NCBI GenBank assembly: GCA_965231035.1
Contig: OZ246409.1
Span: 181,101 to 213,100 of the forward strand
Source of the DNA: an uncultured Muribaculaceae bacterium
GTDB taxonomy: Bacteria > Pseudomonadota > Alphaproteobacteria > Rs-D84
DNA: 32,000 nt
Direction of reading: 5' to 3'
Made by a program: the position numbers and the translations under genes. Shown here in pieces: positions 7,730 through 17,219 of this stretch. The notes beneath the pieces were generated by a model. The model was not told where the DNA came from. It worked only from the letters and a program-made list of their open reading frames with translations, and ran no database searches. Positions within the stretch are counted from its first letter, which is position 1, and every line of letters starts with the position of its first letter.

Positions 7730-8956
7730 TTATTTGAAATTTTTAATTATATCTTTGACAATTAAACGACTGGCGGTTTTCATTTTTGATTTGCGCCACA
7801 TCTTGTCTGCAGATTTTAAATCAGAAATCATTTTGTTACGAATTTCAGGGTTTGATAATTTATTTATTTCAGAAATTATTTTTTCCGGTGTTGCATTTTT
7901 GTTTCCCAACAATTCTGGGTACACGGTTTTATTCAACAAAATATTAACCAATGAAACCCATTTAATTTTCAACGCCATACGTGCCATAAAAGTTGTCAGT
8001 GGATTCATTTTATAAACAACAATCGTTGGAATATGCATAATTGCCAACTCGGCCGAAACCGTGCCACTGGCAGCAATCGCAATATCAGTTTTTTCAAAAG
8101 TTTTATATCGATTTTGGAATGAAATTAACTGTGGTTTAATTGCCCAATTTTTTATTTCGTTTCTGATAAATTTATCTGTTGTTTCTGTTACAGGAATTAC
8201 AAATTTAAATCCATTATTCTCGTATTCTTTTGAATCTGTTCCAATTTTAAATTGAATTGGATTTTCAACAAATCTTATTCCGTCCCAGTATCTTGTAAAT
8301 TTCTTTTTTGCCGTCAATTGATTCACAACTGAATGAAATACCGGTAATAATTTTTTAACCTCGCTCATACGACTGCCAGGTATTAATGCAATATTTTTAT
8401 CTTTCTTTGTTATTTTTTCTTTTTTCTTTGTTATTTGAATTAATCCATCCGCAATAGGGTGACCCACAGCAATTGTTGGCAATCCGTACCGCGTAAAAAA
8501 TGGAACTTCGAAATCAAAAAAGCAATAAAGACGATCAAATATTTTTGCAAATTTTTTAGCACGCTTAGCACCCCATGCCCAAACCTGGGGGGCAACAACA
8601 TGGTAAAATTTTATTTTTGATTTTGGATTTTTTGTTCTGACTTTTTTAATCACGCGTTTTGCAAAACCTGGTGCATCAACAGTCAGAACAACATCCGGTT
8701 TTGATTTTATAATTGCGTTTGCAGTTTCATCAATTCTTGTTGTCAAAGTTTTTGCATGTGCCAAAACTTCAAAAAATCCCATCACCGCCAAATCAGAAAT
8801 AGGGAATATTGTTTTAAGTCCCGCAGACTGCATATTTTCGCCACCAACACCAAAAAACTCAGCGTTTGGCATTTCGCGCATAATTTTTGCACCCAGGACG
8901 TCGCCTGAAACTTCGCCAGCAATTATGAATATTTTAAGATTTTTTTTATTCAGCAT
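7730..8956 (-). CDS. lpxB: Lipid-A-disaccharide synthase
   Basis: The N-terminal KIFIIAGEVSGDVLGAKIM motif, the length and the position directly downstream of lpxA fit LpxB. I chose ATG 8956 (11-nt overlap with lpxA); GTG 8977 is the alternative. Confidence 0.88.
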   Translation of the reverse strand: MLNKKNLKIFIIAGEVSGDVLGAKIMREMPNAEFFGVGGENMQSAGLKTIFPISDLAVMGFFEVLAHAKTLTTRIDETANAIIKSKPDVVLTVDAPGFAKRVIKKVRTKNPKSKIKFYHVVAPQVWAWGAKRAKKFAKIFDRLYCFFDFEVPFFTRYGLPTIAVGHPIADGLIQITKKKEKITKKDKNIALIPGSRMSEVKKLLPVFHSVVNQLTAKKKFTRYWDGIRFVENPIQFKIGTDSKEYENNGFKFVIPVTETTDKFIRNEIKNWAIKPQLISFQNRYKTFEKTDIAIAASGTVSAELAIMHIPTIVVYKMNPLTTFMARMALKIKWVSLVNILLNKTVYPELLGNKNATPEKIISEINKLSNPEIRNKMISDLKSADKMWRKSKMKTASRLIVKDIIKNFK

Positions 8957-9743
8957 TCTTAGAAGTACCAATACCACGCTTTGAACGATTTTCTATAAAA
9001 TCAATTGCGTCCATTGCATATTTATTATTTTTAACTTCTTTACGAACCTTAGTCAATCTGTCTGATACAGTACCTTCATTATCCTTGAACACAGCTGAAT
9101 ATACAGAATGAATAGCGTGCATATCTTCATTTGTAAATCCATGACGCATTAATCCAACACGGTTAATAGTTCTGTACACAGCACGTGGAGTTCCGTCATA
9201 TATTGCATATGGCAAGACATCATTACCAACACCACTCATTCCGCCAATGAAAGCATTGCGACCAATACGAACAAACTGCATAACCAAAGAACCACCGGAT
9301 AATATAACATTATCTTCTACTTCTACATGCCCAGCAACTTGAACCAAGTTAGACATAACAACACCGTTACCAACTTTGCAGTCATGTCCGACGTGTGCAT
9401 TAACCATAATCTGACAATCATTACCAATTTCAGTTCCTGTGGATGCTGGCGTTCCAGAATGAATTGTTACATATTCGCGAATGCGGCAACGTTTACCTAT
9501 TTTTAATCCGGTCATTGCTGCTTCGTCTTGCCACTTTAAATCCTGGCTCATAACGCCAAGAACAGCAAAAGGGTAAACAATTGAATCATCGCCAATGGAT
9601 GTTTTTCCACCGATAACTACGTGCGACATCAGCTCTACACGGTCGCCCAAGGTTACTTCTGGACCAACTATGCAAAAAGGTCCTATTTTACAATCTTCGC
9701 CAATTACAGCGCCTTCATGAATTACAGCTGTTGGATGTATCAT
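8946..9743 (-). CDS. lpxA: Acyl-ACP--UDP-N-acetylglucosamine O-acyltransferase
   Basis: Left-handed beta-helix hexapeptide repeats from the N-terminus (MIHPTAVIHEGAVIGEDCKIGPFCIVGP...). The C-terminal helical domain, the 265-aa length and the adjacency to lpxB also fit. Confidence 0.9.
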   Translation of the reverse strand: MIHPTAVIHEGAVIGEDCKIGPFCIVGPEVTLGDRVELMSHVVIGGKTSIGDDSIVYPFAVLGVMSQDLKWQDEAAMTGLKIGKRCRIREYVTIHSGTPASTGTEIGNDCQIMVNAHVGHDCKVGNGVVMSNLVQVAGHVEVEDNVILSGGSLVMQFVRIGRNAFIGGMSGVGNDVLPYAIYDGTPRAVYRTINRVGLMRHGFTNEDMHAIHSVYSAVFKDNEGTVSDRLTKVRKEVKNNKYAMDAIDFIENRSKRGIGTSKNAE

Positions 9744-9827
9744 TTTAACTCGCTCTTTTTATTTTATAAGGTCGGTCAAAATAATAACTCATAAGAATTG
9801 CGAATGGAATTAAAGAAATCTAACCAA

Positions 9828-10856
9828 TTATAACAAAAACTTTGATTGCTTTACCAGGTCCGAAGAATGCATATTTGTCCAATATAAAATTCCAAAAGCA
9901 GTAATTACAGGCAAAGCAGACATAATTCCAAACGAACATATCATTACCGCCCACAACTTGCTGGACAATTTTTCAGGCAAAGATTCAGAATGCCAAACAG
10001 ACATTGCAAACAGAACCGTCAATACAGCCATAAATCCCAAGAAAACTGGAACAGATTCAGTTACAACAAACAAAACCAAAGAAAGACCTGCAATTATACG
10101 ACCCAATAATTTTAATTTTTTGAATAAGCCCGTGCGAATTTTTCCGCGTGGTTTCACATTTCTTAATACAAGAATCGCAACCGCCAAAACACTGGTGAAC
10201 AAAATAAAGAACTTGTGAATAATGGTCAAATTACCCAGTTGCCCAAATCTGAAAAATTCAGGCTGCATAAGCATTACAGTGGACAAAACAAAAACCAAAA
10301 TTGAAGTAAATGATATCGGATTAAATTCTTTCTTTTTATAACGACCAACCATCAGACCTGCAAACACCGCCGCTGCTTGCATCATAAAGCCCCAAAAAGT
10401 TGGCATACCAGCAAAACCCGCCAAAGCCACAATTATCAAAATAGACGCCCAAACTGCAAACTTTCTGCGTTTTATATTTTCTAAATTTTTTGGCATATGG
10501 GGATTTATAATTTTTAATTTTTGCACAATAGAAATAGTCAAAACAAAAAGTATTCCAGAAATCACAAAAGGTAGTGAAGAATTAATATCTCGCAATGCAG
10601 CATAATTTCCATGCATTAAAATCAGCCAAGCAAACATTATTATTTCTATACAACAAACAAAACTGAAAGTTCTGGTTTTAGGATCACTAAGCGCACCCCA
10701 CTTTAACTGACTGATAAAAGTGTTACCAAATGCATAGACCAGCGCAAACAAAGGTAACATAAACAAAGCTGACCAGAAAAAAGTTGGCGCAACAATCGCA
10801 GCATTGTTAAAACTGCTGGTTGCACTTTGTACAATCATTGATGGATCTTCAAACAT
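9828..10856 (-). CDS. Polytopic inner-membrane protein (about 9-10 TM segments), unknown function
   Basis: 342-aa ORF made almost entirely of hydrophobic spans separated by short basic loops. It is on the same strand as lpxA, 84 nt upstream of it. No motif I recognise. Confidence 0.7.
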   Translation of the reverse strand: MFEDPSMIVQSATSSFNNAAIVAPTFFWSALFMLPLFALVYAFGNTFISQLKWGALSDPKTRTFSFVCCIEIIMFAWLILMHGNYAALRDINSSLPFVISGILFVLTISIVQKLKIINPHMPKNLENIKRRKFAVWASILIIVALAGFAGMPTFWGFMMQAAAVFAGLMVGRYKKKEFNPISFTSILVFVLSTVMLMQPEFFRFGQLGNLTIIHKFFILFTSVLAVAILVLRNVKPRGKIRTGLFKKLKLLGRIIAGLSLVLFVVTESVPVFLGFMAVLTVLFAMSVWHSESLPEKLSSKLWAVMICSFGIMSALPVITAFGILYWTNMHSSDLVKQSKFLL

Positions 10857-10896
10857 AAACTTGCCTTTTTATTCTGATGGATTATTATATAGCTAT

Positions 10897-11574
10897 ATGT
10901 CGCAAAAACAAGATATTTTTACTGTGATGGGCGGAATGGTTAAATTTTATCCATCTGATTACAATCCTACTTCTGATGCAGTTTGGCTTGGGGCTTTTCC
11001 AAAATCTGCCAAATGTGTTCTGGATGTTGGCATTGGTAATGGCGGCGCTGCGCTTTGTTATTTGGCACACAATACAAAAACAGTTATAACAGGAATTGAT
11101 GTTTCCAAGACTATGCTTGACCAATGTTACAAGAATACGCAATTAAATGATAAAAACATAGAATTACTTAATGCGGATATTTTTAATTGGAAGACAAACC
11201 GAACTTTTGATCTGGTAATCACAAATCCGCCTTATTTTAAAGGAACACCTGCAAAGCATGGTGCACATCATAATGTTAATATTTCCGAATGGATAGAAAG
11301 TTGTATTAAACGTGTCCGTCCCAGGGGATACTTTTGCACGATTATTGACAGTTTGGTCGTTTCAGAAGTAATATCAGTTTTATCAAAAAAATTCGGAGAA
11401 ATAACTATTTTTCCTTTGTTTGGTGCAAAAAATACCGCAGAACGTGTTTTAATCAGTGCCAGACAGAGTGTAAAAGGGGGAACAAAGCTGTTTTCTGGGC
11501 TTTCTATGAATTATAAACCAGTCTTGCGTGATGGCTTGACTATTTGGGAAGCATTGGATACACTGCACGGGTAA
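10897..11574 (+). CDS. Class I SAM-dependent N6-adenine-type methyltransferase, TrmN6/YfiC-like
   Basis: SAM motif VLDVGIGNGGAAL, catalytic DLVITNPPYF (NPPY), and N-terminal SDAVWLGAF resembling YfiC TDGILLGAW. I chose ATG 10897 because the longer ORF overlaps the divergent membrane-protein gene. Confidence 0.75.
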   Translation: MSQKQDIFTVMGGMVKFYPSDYNPTSDAVWLGAFPKSAKCVLDVGIGNGGAALCYLAHNTKTVITGIDVSKTMLDQCYKNTQLNDKNIELLNADIFNWKTNRTFDLVITNPPYFKGTPAKHGAHHNVNISEWIESCIKRVRPRGYFCTIIDSLVVSEVISVLSKKFGEITIFPLFGAKNTAERVLISARQSVKGGTKLFSGLSMNYKPVLRDGLTIWEALDTLHG

Positions 11575-12851
11575 TGTTTAATTTTATAACCAGACATTTT
11601 TCATCTTTTTGGTCGATGTTATCGACACCGTTCCGTGCATTTTGGCGGATGATTGCGCGTTTATTTCCTGAACGAGATTTTACTATAATGGATACTCCGA
11701 ATGGGAATGTTTATTCTTATCATCAAAGCAGCTTTTGGCGTTTTACAAAATTCTGCGGAACTATCAGTTTGGTAATTTGGGCGTCTTGGTCTACGTATAT
11801 TTTTACGTACCACAGGCCTTTGTTGCAGAAAAGAACTCAAGAACTGGAACAGGAAAAAGAAATCCACGCCAGACAGCTTAGCGATTTGTTGGTTTACCTA
11901 AAAAAGTATAACGATTTAGCGCGTGATCTTAATATTATTGATTATAAAGTTTTGGATTCTAAAAAAATCAGTGAATCGCAAAAAGATTCCCTTATAAAAA
12001 GACGTTTGAACACTTGGAGCGAATTGGATTTCTTGCAGACACGCTTGAACACTATGTTTTCTGATGAAAAATATATTCCAGAATTCAGAACATTGTCTGA
12101 TTTATCTGTTCAATATGATTTGGTTAAATCTGAAAACGATGAATTAAAAAAACAAAATAAAGAAATGAATGAAAATATGGTTTTGGTTTCTGATGCCGAC
12201 AACCAGATTGTAAAAGTCGTTTCAAAATTAACCAATGATAAAACTTCCGAATTACAAAGAAATCTTAAAAGAATAAATGGAACTATTGCAAATTTGGGAT
12301 TAAACCAAAACGTATTGGTTGAACGCGCCAACAGTTTCAGCAGTCAAATGGTCGGGTCTTCTTTTATTCCTTTGGATTTCGATGAAAAAATGGATCCAAA
12401 ATATCAAAAATTGGCTGACAACTTGGCACTTTGGCACGGTCTTTCACGTTTGGATACAATATTGCCATTGGGCGCACCAGTTGACAAGGTTCATATAACA
12501 TCTACGTTTGGTATGCGCACAGATCCGTTTAATGGTGAACAGAAAAAACACAAAGGTTTGGACTTTGCAGGAAAAATTGGAACCGAATTATTTGCAGTCG
12601 CACCTGGACGCGTTGTTTCTGCTGGTGAACGCGTAGGATATGGAAAAACCGTAGAAGTTGACCATGGACTTGGCTTTACAACTTTGTACGCTCACTTGTC
12701 CAGAATTTATGTAACTCGTGGTGATTGGGTACGTCCAGGAACAGTTGTTGGACTTGCCGGATCATCAGGACGCTCGACTGGTCCACATTTGCACTATGAA
12801 ATCAGATACAATGGTGCACCTTTTAACCCTGAAAAATTTGTAAAAGAATAA
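11574..12851 (+). CDS. Membrane-anchored M23 (LytM-domain) peptidoglycan endopeptidase with coiled-coil region
   Basis: C-terminal HKGLDFAG...GKTVEVDHGLGFTTLYAHLS...GSSGRSTGPHLHYEIR carries the HxxxD and HxH zinc ligands. There is an N-terminal TM span. The ATG overlaps the upstream stop as TAATG. Confidence 0.88.
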   Translation: MFNFITRHFSSFWSMLSTPFRAFWRMIARLFPERDFTIMDTPNGNVYSYHQSSFWRFTKFCGTISLVIWASWSTYIFTYHRPLLQKRTQELEQEKEIHARQLSDLLVYLKKYNDLARDLNIIDYKVLDSKKISESQKDSLIKRRLNTWSELDFLQTRLNTMFSDEKYIPEFRTLSDLSVQYDLVKSENDELKKQNKEMNENMVLVSDADNQIVKVVSKLTNDKTSELQRNLKRINGTIANLGLNQNVLVERANSFSSQMVGSSFIPLDFDEKMDPKYQKLADNLALWHGLSRLDTILPLGAPVDKVHITSTFGMRTDPFNGEQKKHKGLDFAGKIGTELFAVAPGRVVSAGERVGYGKTVEVDHGLGFTTLYAHLSRIYVTRGDWVRPGTVVGLAGSSGRSTGPHLHYEIRYNGAPFNPEKFVKE

Positions 12852-12867
12852 TCAAAGGAATAAAATT

Positions 12868-13212
12868 ATGTTGGCTTTTACTAATTCGAATGAAAAAACT
12901 TCTCCAACGATTATTGGGGCAGGTTGCAAATTGAACGGCGATATCAGAACTGATCATTCTGTTCAGATTCACGGTACAATATTTGGCACTGTTTATGCAG
13001 AAACTGTCGTTATCGGTCGCGGTGGAAAAGTTATTGGCAAAGTTGTCGCACAAAATCTTTTCTTGCACGGAACAATCGAAGGTCCAGCAACAGTTGAAAT
13101 TGCACATGTTTTTAATAATGCTCAAATGACTGGAACGTTATCTTATCGCACTTTGAACATCAGCGGTAACACGGGTCTGGAATGCAAATTATCCAAAAGA
13201 AAGGATAAATAG
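12868..13212 (+). CDS. Bactofilin (polymer-forming cytoskeletal protein, DUF583/CcmA family)
   Basis: 114 aa of repetitive beta-helix pattern (IIGAGCKLNGDIRTDHSVQIHGTIFGTVYAETVVIGRGGKVIGKVVAQNLFLHGTIEG). RBS AAGGA is present. Confidence 0.8.
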   Translation: MLAFTNSNEKTSPTIIGAGCKLNGDIRTDHSVQIHGTIFGTVYAETVVIGRGGKVIGKVVAQNLFLHGTIEGPATVEIAHVFNNAQMTGTLSYRTLNISGNTGLECKLSKRKDK

Positions 13213-13214
13213 TT

Positions 13215-13664
13215 ATGAATAAAACAATATCAAAAATTTATATTGCTGCTGATCATCGTGGTGTTGGATTGAAACTTTATTTAATCGAAATGTTGGTCGC
13301 TGCGGGATATGATAATGTCGTAAATCTTGGTGTTGATGATCCAGAAAAAATGGTTGATTTCCCAGATATTGCAAAGTCTGTTGCAGATGCAATGCTGGCA
13401 GATAAAAACTCGCGCGGAATTTTAATTTGTGGAACAGGTGCCGGAATTCAGATTGCCGCAAACAGATACCGCCACATTCGTGCATCCAGATGTGAAAGAC
13501 CCGAACAGGCACAAGATGACCGTTTTCATGATGATATAAATGTTTTGACATTGTCTGCAGATGATATTGATATCGAGGTTGCATTCTTGTGCATTCAAAC
13601 ATTCTTGGAAAGCCCATTTGATTCGTGTGAACGCAGACTTCGCAGGATAAAAGAAATTTCATAA
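13215..13664 (+). CDS. rpiB: Ribose-5-phosphate isomerase B (RpiB/LacAB family)
   Basis: KIYIAADHRGVGLK and ILICGTGAGIQIAANRYRHIRA motifs, 149 aa. The mirror ORF on the minus strand has no recognisable features. Confidence 0.85.
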   Translation: MNKTISKIYIAADHRGVGLKLYLIEMLVAAGYDNVVNLGVDDPEKMVDFPDIAKSVADAMLADKNSRGILICGTGAGIQIAANRYRHIRASRCERPEQAQDDRFHDDINVLTLSADDIDIEVAFLCIQTFLESPFDSCERRLRRIKEIS

Positions 13665-13667
13665 AAT

Positions 13668-13693
13668 AAAAAACCGTCGTTTGGCGGTTTTTT
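13668..13693. terminator. Bidirectional rho-independent terminator (rpiB / leuS convergent pair)
   Basis: Perfect 9-bp arms AAAAAACCG / CGGTTTTTT, plus two inner pairs around a GTTT loop. The 3' arm overlaps the leuS stop codon. Confidence 0.8.
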
Positions 13694-16085
13694 ATTTTAC
13701 AACAAAATTAACCATCTTATTCGGTACAACAATTGTTTTTACAATTTCACCAGTCAGGTATTTTTCTGCAACAGATTTTGCGATTGCAACTAAATCAGAT
13801 TCTGGCATTTCAACTGGTGCATCAAAATCACCGCGACGTTTTCCATTTACAGAAACAACAACTGTCACTGTTTTCTTGTTCAATTTTGATTCATCAAACT
13901 TTGGCCATGGTTCAAACACCAGCATATCCGAATGTCCCAAGTTCTCCCAAATTTCTTCGGTCAAGTGCGGCGCAAACGGATTCAAAACCTGAATCAAAAT
14001 TTCATACGCACTACGTGGCATCTTGCCCGCAAAGGCATTTATAAATTCCATCATTGCAGAAATAGCAGTATTAAATTGCATACCTTCGATTCTTTCGCCT
14101 ACATCTTTGGCCAGTTGATTTACTAATCTTTCCTGGTCAGCATCCAAAACATCTTCGGTTAAATTATCAAATAAATTTTCAACACGTTTCAGAAAACGCT
14201 GAACCCCCGCCAGTGCACCAGCACTGTAAGTAGTATTAGATGTCCAAGGTCCCAGATAAAGAACAACCATACGACTTGCATCGGCACCAACATCAGCCAT
14301 TAATTCTGACGCTTCGAATCCGTTTTTTCTGGATTTTGACATTTTGTATCCATCGCTTCCCATCAATAATCCCTGAGCTGTGCGACGCGCATACGGTTCA
14401 GAAGTTGGAACCAATCCCAAATCAAACAAAGCTTTGTGCCAAAATCTGGAATACAACAAATGTCTGGTATCATGTTCATGACCGCCATTATAATGATCAA
14501 CTGGCAACCATTTTTTCAACTGTTTTTGCGAACAAAATTCTTTGTCATTTTTTGGGTCTAAGTATCTCATATAATACCAACTGGATCCGGCCCAACCAGG
14601 CATAGTATCTGTTTCACGTTTTGCAGGTTTTCCACATACAGGGCAGGTGGTATTTACCCAATCAGTTGCACGAACCAATGGACTTTCTCCACTTTCGGTT
14701 GGCTTGTAATCCATCATATGTGGTTGAACAACTGGTAACTGATCATCAGGTACCGGAACCCATCCGCATTTTTCACAGTAAATCATTGGTATTGGTTCAC
14801 CCCAGTACATCTGACGCGAAAAACACCAATCCTTTAATTTATACTGGGTTGCAGCACGTGCAAACTTACCAGCGGCACCAATTTTTATAGCAGCAATAAT
14901 TGCATCTTCTTTATTCATACCATCCATAAATCCAGAGTTTATATGTTTGCCATCTTCTTCCCATGCAGATTTAGAAATATCGCCACCAGCCAAAACTTGG
15001 GTAATTGGTAAATTAAACTTTTTTGCAAAATCATAATCGCGTTGGTCATGTGCAGGAACCGCCATAATTGCACCAAAGCCATAATCAGCCAAAACATAAT
15101 CAGATATAAACAAAGGAATTTCCATACCAGTAAATGGATTTATTGCGGTAATACCATCTAGTTTTACACCTGTTTTTTCTTTGGTTGCATCAGTTCGATC
15201 AATTTCAGTTTTTTCGACAGATGTTTTTATATATTTACGAACTTCGGATTCATTTTTAATTTTCTTTTCGCCCAACCATTTTGCAACCAGCTTGTGTTCC
15301 GGTGCAATCACACAAAAAGTAACCCCAAAAATAGTATCTACGCGTGTTGTATAAACCGTCATAGTATCTTCACCAACACGAAAATCAACCTCGGCACCAT
15401 GGCTGCGACCAATCCAGTTTATTTGTGCGGTTTTTATTTCTTCTTGATAATCGACAGTTGCCAAATCGTCTATCAAACGATCAGCATATTTAGACATACC
15501 CAAAGTCCATTGCGACTTCATTCTTTTTTCAACAGGCCCATGACAGCGTTCGCATTTACCGTCTTCCAATTCTTCATTAGTCAAGGTAGTTTTACAAGCA
15601 GGGCACCAATTCATCGGAGAATCTGTTTTAAATGCCAGTCCTGCTTTGAAAAACTGGATAAACATCCATTGGGTCCACTTCATATATTCAGGATCCGAAG
15701 TTGCAAATATGGTATCAAAATTAACAGACCATCCAGTTTTCCCAATAACATCCGTGTAACTGGTAACTAATTCTTTGACGACATCAGCAGGGTGCTTGCC
15801 AATTTTTGTGGCATAGTGTTCGGCTGTAATTCCCATTGCATCATAACCGATCGGAAACAGAACATCAAAACCGTGACGTCTACGCCAACGCGCCATCACA
15901 TCAATACCAGAAAAAGTCAGCATATGACCAGCATGCAAACCAGTTCCGGACAAGAAGGGGAATTCTATCAAATAATAAAATTTTGGCTTACTGCCATCAT
16001 TTAATGGTACAAAGGAACAAGCTTGTTGCCACTTTTTTTGCCATTTTGCTTCGCGTTCAAGAATTCTTTTGATATTTTCGGTCAT
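13692..16085 (-). CDS. leuS: Leucine--tRNA ligase
   Basis: HIGH-type motif GLHAGHMLTF, KMSKS motif YKMSKSRKNG, and LeuS zinc knuckles WCPACKT...CERCHG and CPVCGKP. 797 aa. Confidence 0.93.
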   Translation of the reverse strand: MTENIKRILEREAKWQKKWQQACSFVPLNDGSKPKFYYLIEFPFLSGTGLHAGHMLTFSGIDVMARWRRRHGFDVLFPIGYDAMGITAEHYATKIGKHPADVVKELVTSYTDVIGKTGWSVNFDTIFATSDPEYMKWTQWMFIQFFKAGLAFKTDSPMNWCPACKTTLTNEELEDGKCERCHGPVEKRMKSQWTLGMSKYADRLIDDLATVDYQEEIKTAQINWIGRSHGAEVDFRVGEDTMTVYTTRVDTIFGVTFCVIAPEHKLVAKWLGEKKIKNESEVRKYIKTSVEKTEIDRTDATKEKTGVKLDGITAINPFTGMEIPLFISDYVLADYGFGAIMAVPAHDQRDYDFAKKFNLPITQVLAGGDISKSAWEEDGKHINSGFMDGMNKEDAIIAAIKIGAAGKFARAATQYKLKDWCFSRQMYWGEPIPMIYCEKCGWVPVPDDQLPVVQPHMMDYKPTESGESPLVRATDWVNTTCPVCGKPAKRETDTMPGWAGSSWYYMRYLDPKNDKEFCSQKQLKKWLPVDHYNGGHEHDTRHLLYSRFWHKALFDLGLVPTSEPYARRTAQGLLMGSDGYKMSKSRKNGFEASELMADVGADASRMVVLYLGPWTSNTTYSAGALAGVQRFLKRVENLFDNLTEDVLDADQERLVNQLAKDVGERIEGMQFNTAISAMMEFINAFAGKMPRSAYEILIQVLNPFAPHLTEEIWENLGHSDMLVFEPWPKFDESKLNKKTVTVVVSVNGKRRGDFDAPVEMPESDLVAIAKSVAEKYLTGEIVKTIVVPNKMVNFVVK

Positions 16086-16122
16086 TTATATGCCTTTTAC
16101 AATTCGATTTACAGAAAGTTAT

Positions 16123-16149
16123 ATTATAAGAAGAGGGCGCCCATTTCAA
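16123..16149 (-). promoter_or_regulatory. Candidate promoter TTGAAA-N15-TATAAT for leuS
   Basis: On the minus strand, -35 is at 16149-16144 and -10 at 16128-16123, about 38 nt upstream of the leuS ATG. The spacer is short (15 nt) and contains the palindrome GGGCGCCC. Confidence 0.35.
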
Positions 16150-16155
16150 GCGATT

Positions 16156-16869
16156 TTAAGATTTTATAAACAATGCTAAATATTCGACATTCCCACTGCC
16201 GCCACGAATTGGTGATTCAATAATATTACTATCATTTTTTAATCCAAACTTTTCAAAAGCATTTACGACATTATGTATAGCAGCCTGCCGATCGGCATCG
16301 GATTTTATTACACCCTTCACTTTTGAAGCAACAGATTTGGAAACTTCGAATTGTGGCTTTATCAAAGTTATAATTTTTGGAGAATTCCATTTCGCCAAAT
16401 TTTCAACTATGTTAGTTAAAGATATAAAAGAAACGTCCACAACAATCAGGTCAACTTTCTCAAACGGGGTCAGGTTTCGAATATCGGTTTCTTCCATTGA
16501 TATAACTTGTTGATTTTGCTTTAATTCTGGAATTAATTGGTCTGTTCCAACGTCCACAGCTATGACTTTTTTGGCACCCCGATTCAACAAAATCTCGGTA
16601 AATCCGCCAGTAGATGCACCAACATCCAGGCAAATAAATCCAGTAATATCAATATAAAACTGGTCCAAAGCGTGTGCTAATTTCAAACTGCCGCGACCAG
16701 AGAGATAAGGCAGGGGTCCGGTTTTTATCAAATCAGTTGTCGAAATCGATTGGCTGGGTTTTTCCGAAACAGAACCATTCACGGACACCAAACCAGATTT
16801 AATAGCTGCCACAGCTTTTGACCGGGTCAGGTAAAGGTTTCTATTAACAAGCTCTGTGTCTAATCTCAT
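16156..16869 (-). CDS. tlyA: TlyA-family rRNA (cytidine-2'-O)-methyltransferase (S4 domain + FtsJ fold)
   Basis: N-terminal S4-like MRLDTELVNRNLYLTRSKAVAAIKSGLVSVNG, SAM motif CLDVGASTGGFTE, and DLIVVDVSFISL. I chose ATG 16869; TTG 16887 is the alternative. Confidence 0.85.
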   Translation of the reverse strand: MRLDTELVNRNLYLTRSKAVAAIKSGLVSVNGSVSEKPSQSISTTDLIKTGPLPYLSGRGSLKLAHALDQFYIDITGFICLDVGASTGGFTEILLNRGAKKVIAVDVGTDQLIPELKQNQQVISMEETDIRNLTPFEKVDLIVVDVSFISLTNIVENLAKWNSPKIITLIKPQFEVSKSVASKVKGVIKSDADRQAAIHNVVNAFEKFGLKNDSNIIESPIRGGSGNVEYLALFIKS

Positions 16870-17100
16870 GATAATAAGAATAACCAATTAAAATTATTTT
16901 TCAATCCGTAAATAATCCGATTGATAAAAAAGGTATTTTCCATCTGATTGCAAAATTGTGGATTGTTTTTGGTCCCCCGTATTTTACATATACTTAACTA
17001 TACATAATATACATTATACGCCTTAATATAATAATTCAAGGTAAGAAGTACCCCACCGGGTTTTCAAGTAACAACAATCAGTTAAAGGAGAAGACCTATT

Positions 17101-17163
17101 ATGCATATAGATTCAATAATTTTACTGATAACGATACCAATATTAATTTGTTTAATTTGGTAA
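17101..17163 (+). CDS. Candidate 20-aa hydrophobic mini-protein MHIDSIILLITIPILICLIW
   Basis: AAAGGAG lies 10 nt upstream of the ATG. The peptide is a single TM-length hydrophobic stretch, and a hairpin terminator sits 22 nt after the stop. It lies in the longest intergenic gap of the window. It could be a chance ORF in AT-rich DNA. Confidence 0.3.
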   Translation: MHIDSIILLITIPILICLIW

Positions 17164-17184
17164 ATTTACCCCGTAATAAAACAA

Positions 17185-17219
17185 AACCCAACTGCTCTAA
17201 GTTTTGGGTTCAATTTTTT
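17185..17219. terminator. Hairpin terminator, usable by mscL (-) and by the mini-ORF (+)
   Basis: 7-bp stem AACCCAA / TTGGGTT with a 12-nt loop. On the + strand it is followed by CAATTTTTT, and on the - strand by TTGTTTTATT. Confidence 0.6.

Noticed and set aside
13213-13662. 149-aa ORF on the minus strand exactly mirroring rpiB
   Set aside because: The plus-strand frame carries clear RpiB motifs and sits in an operon with tight spacing. The minus-strand product is His/Gln/Cys-rich with no motif, typical of an antisense shadow ORF.
13681-16072. Several 60-160 aa plus-strand ORFs inside leuS (for example 15294-15770, 14240-14605, 13681-13992)
   Set aside because: All lie antisense to a continuous 797-aa LeuS frame with HIGH/KMSKS motifs, and they have low-complexity compositions with no RBS context. 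They are shadow ORFs.
16135-16142. GC palindrome GGGCGCCC between tlyA and leuS as a possible terminator
   Set aside because: The palindrome is contiguous, so a hairpin could pair only 3 bp around a 2-nt loop, and it is not followed by a T tract on the relevant strand. More likely it is just promoter spacer sequence or a restriction-type palindrome.
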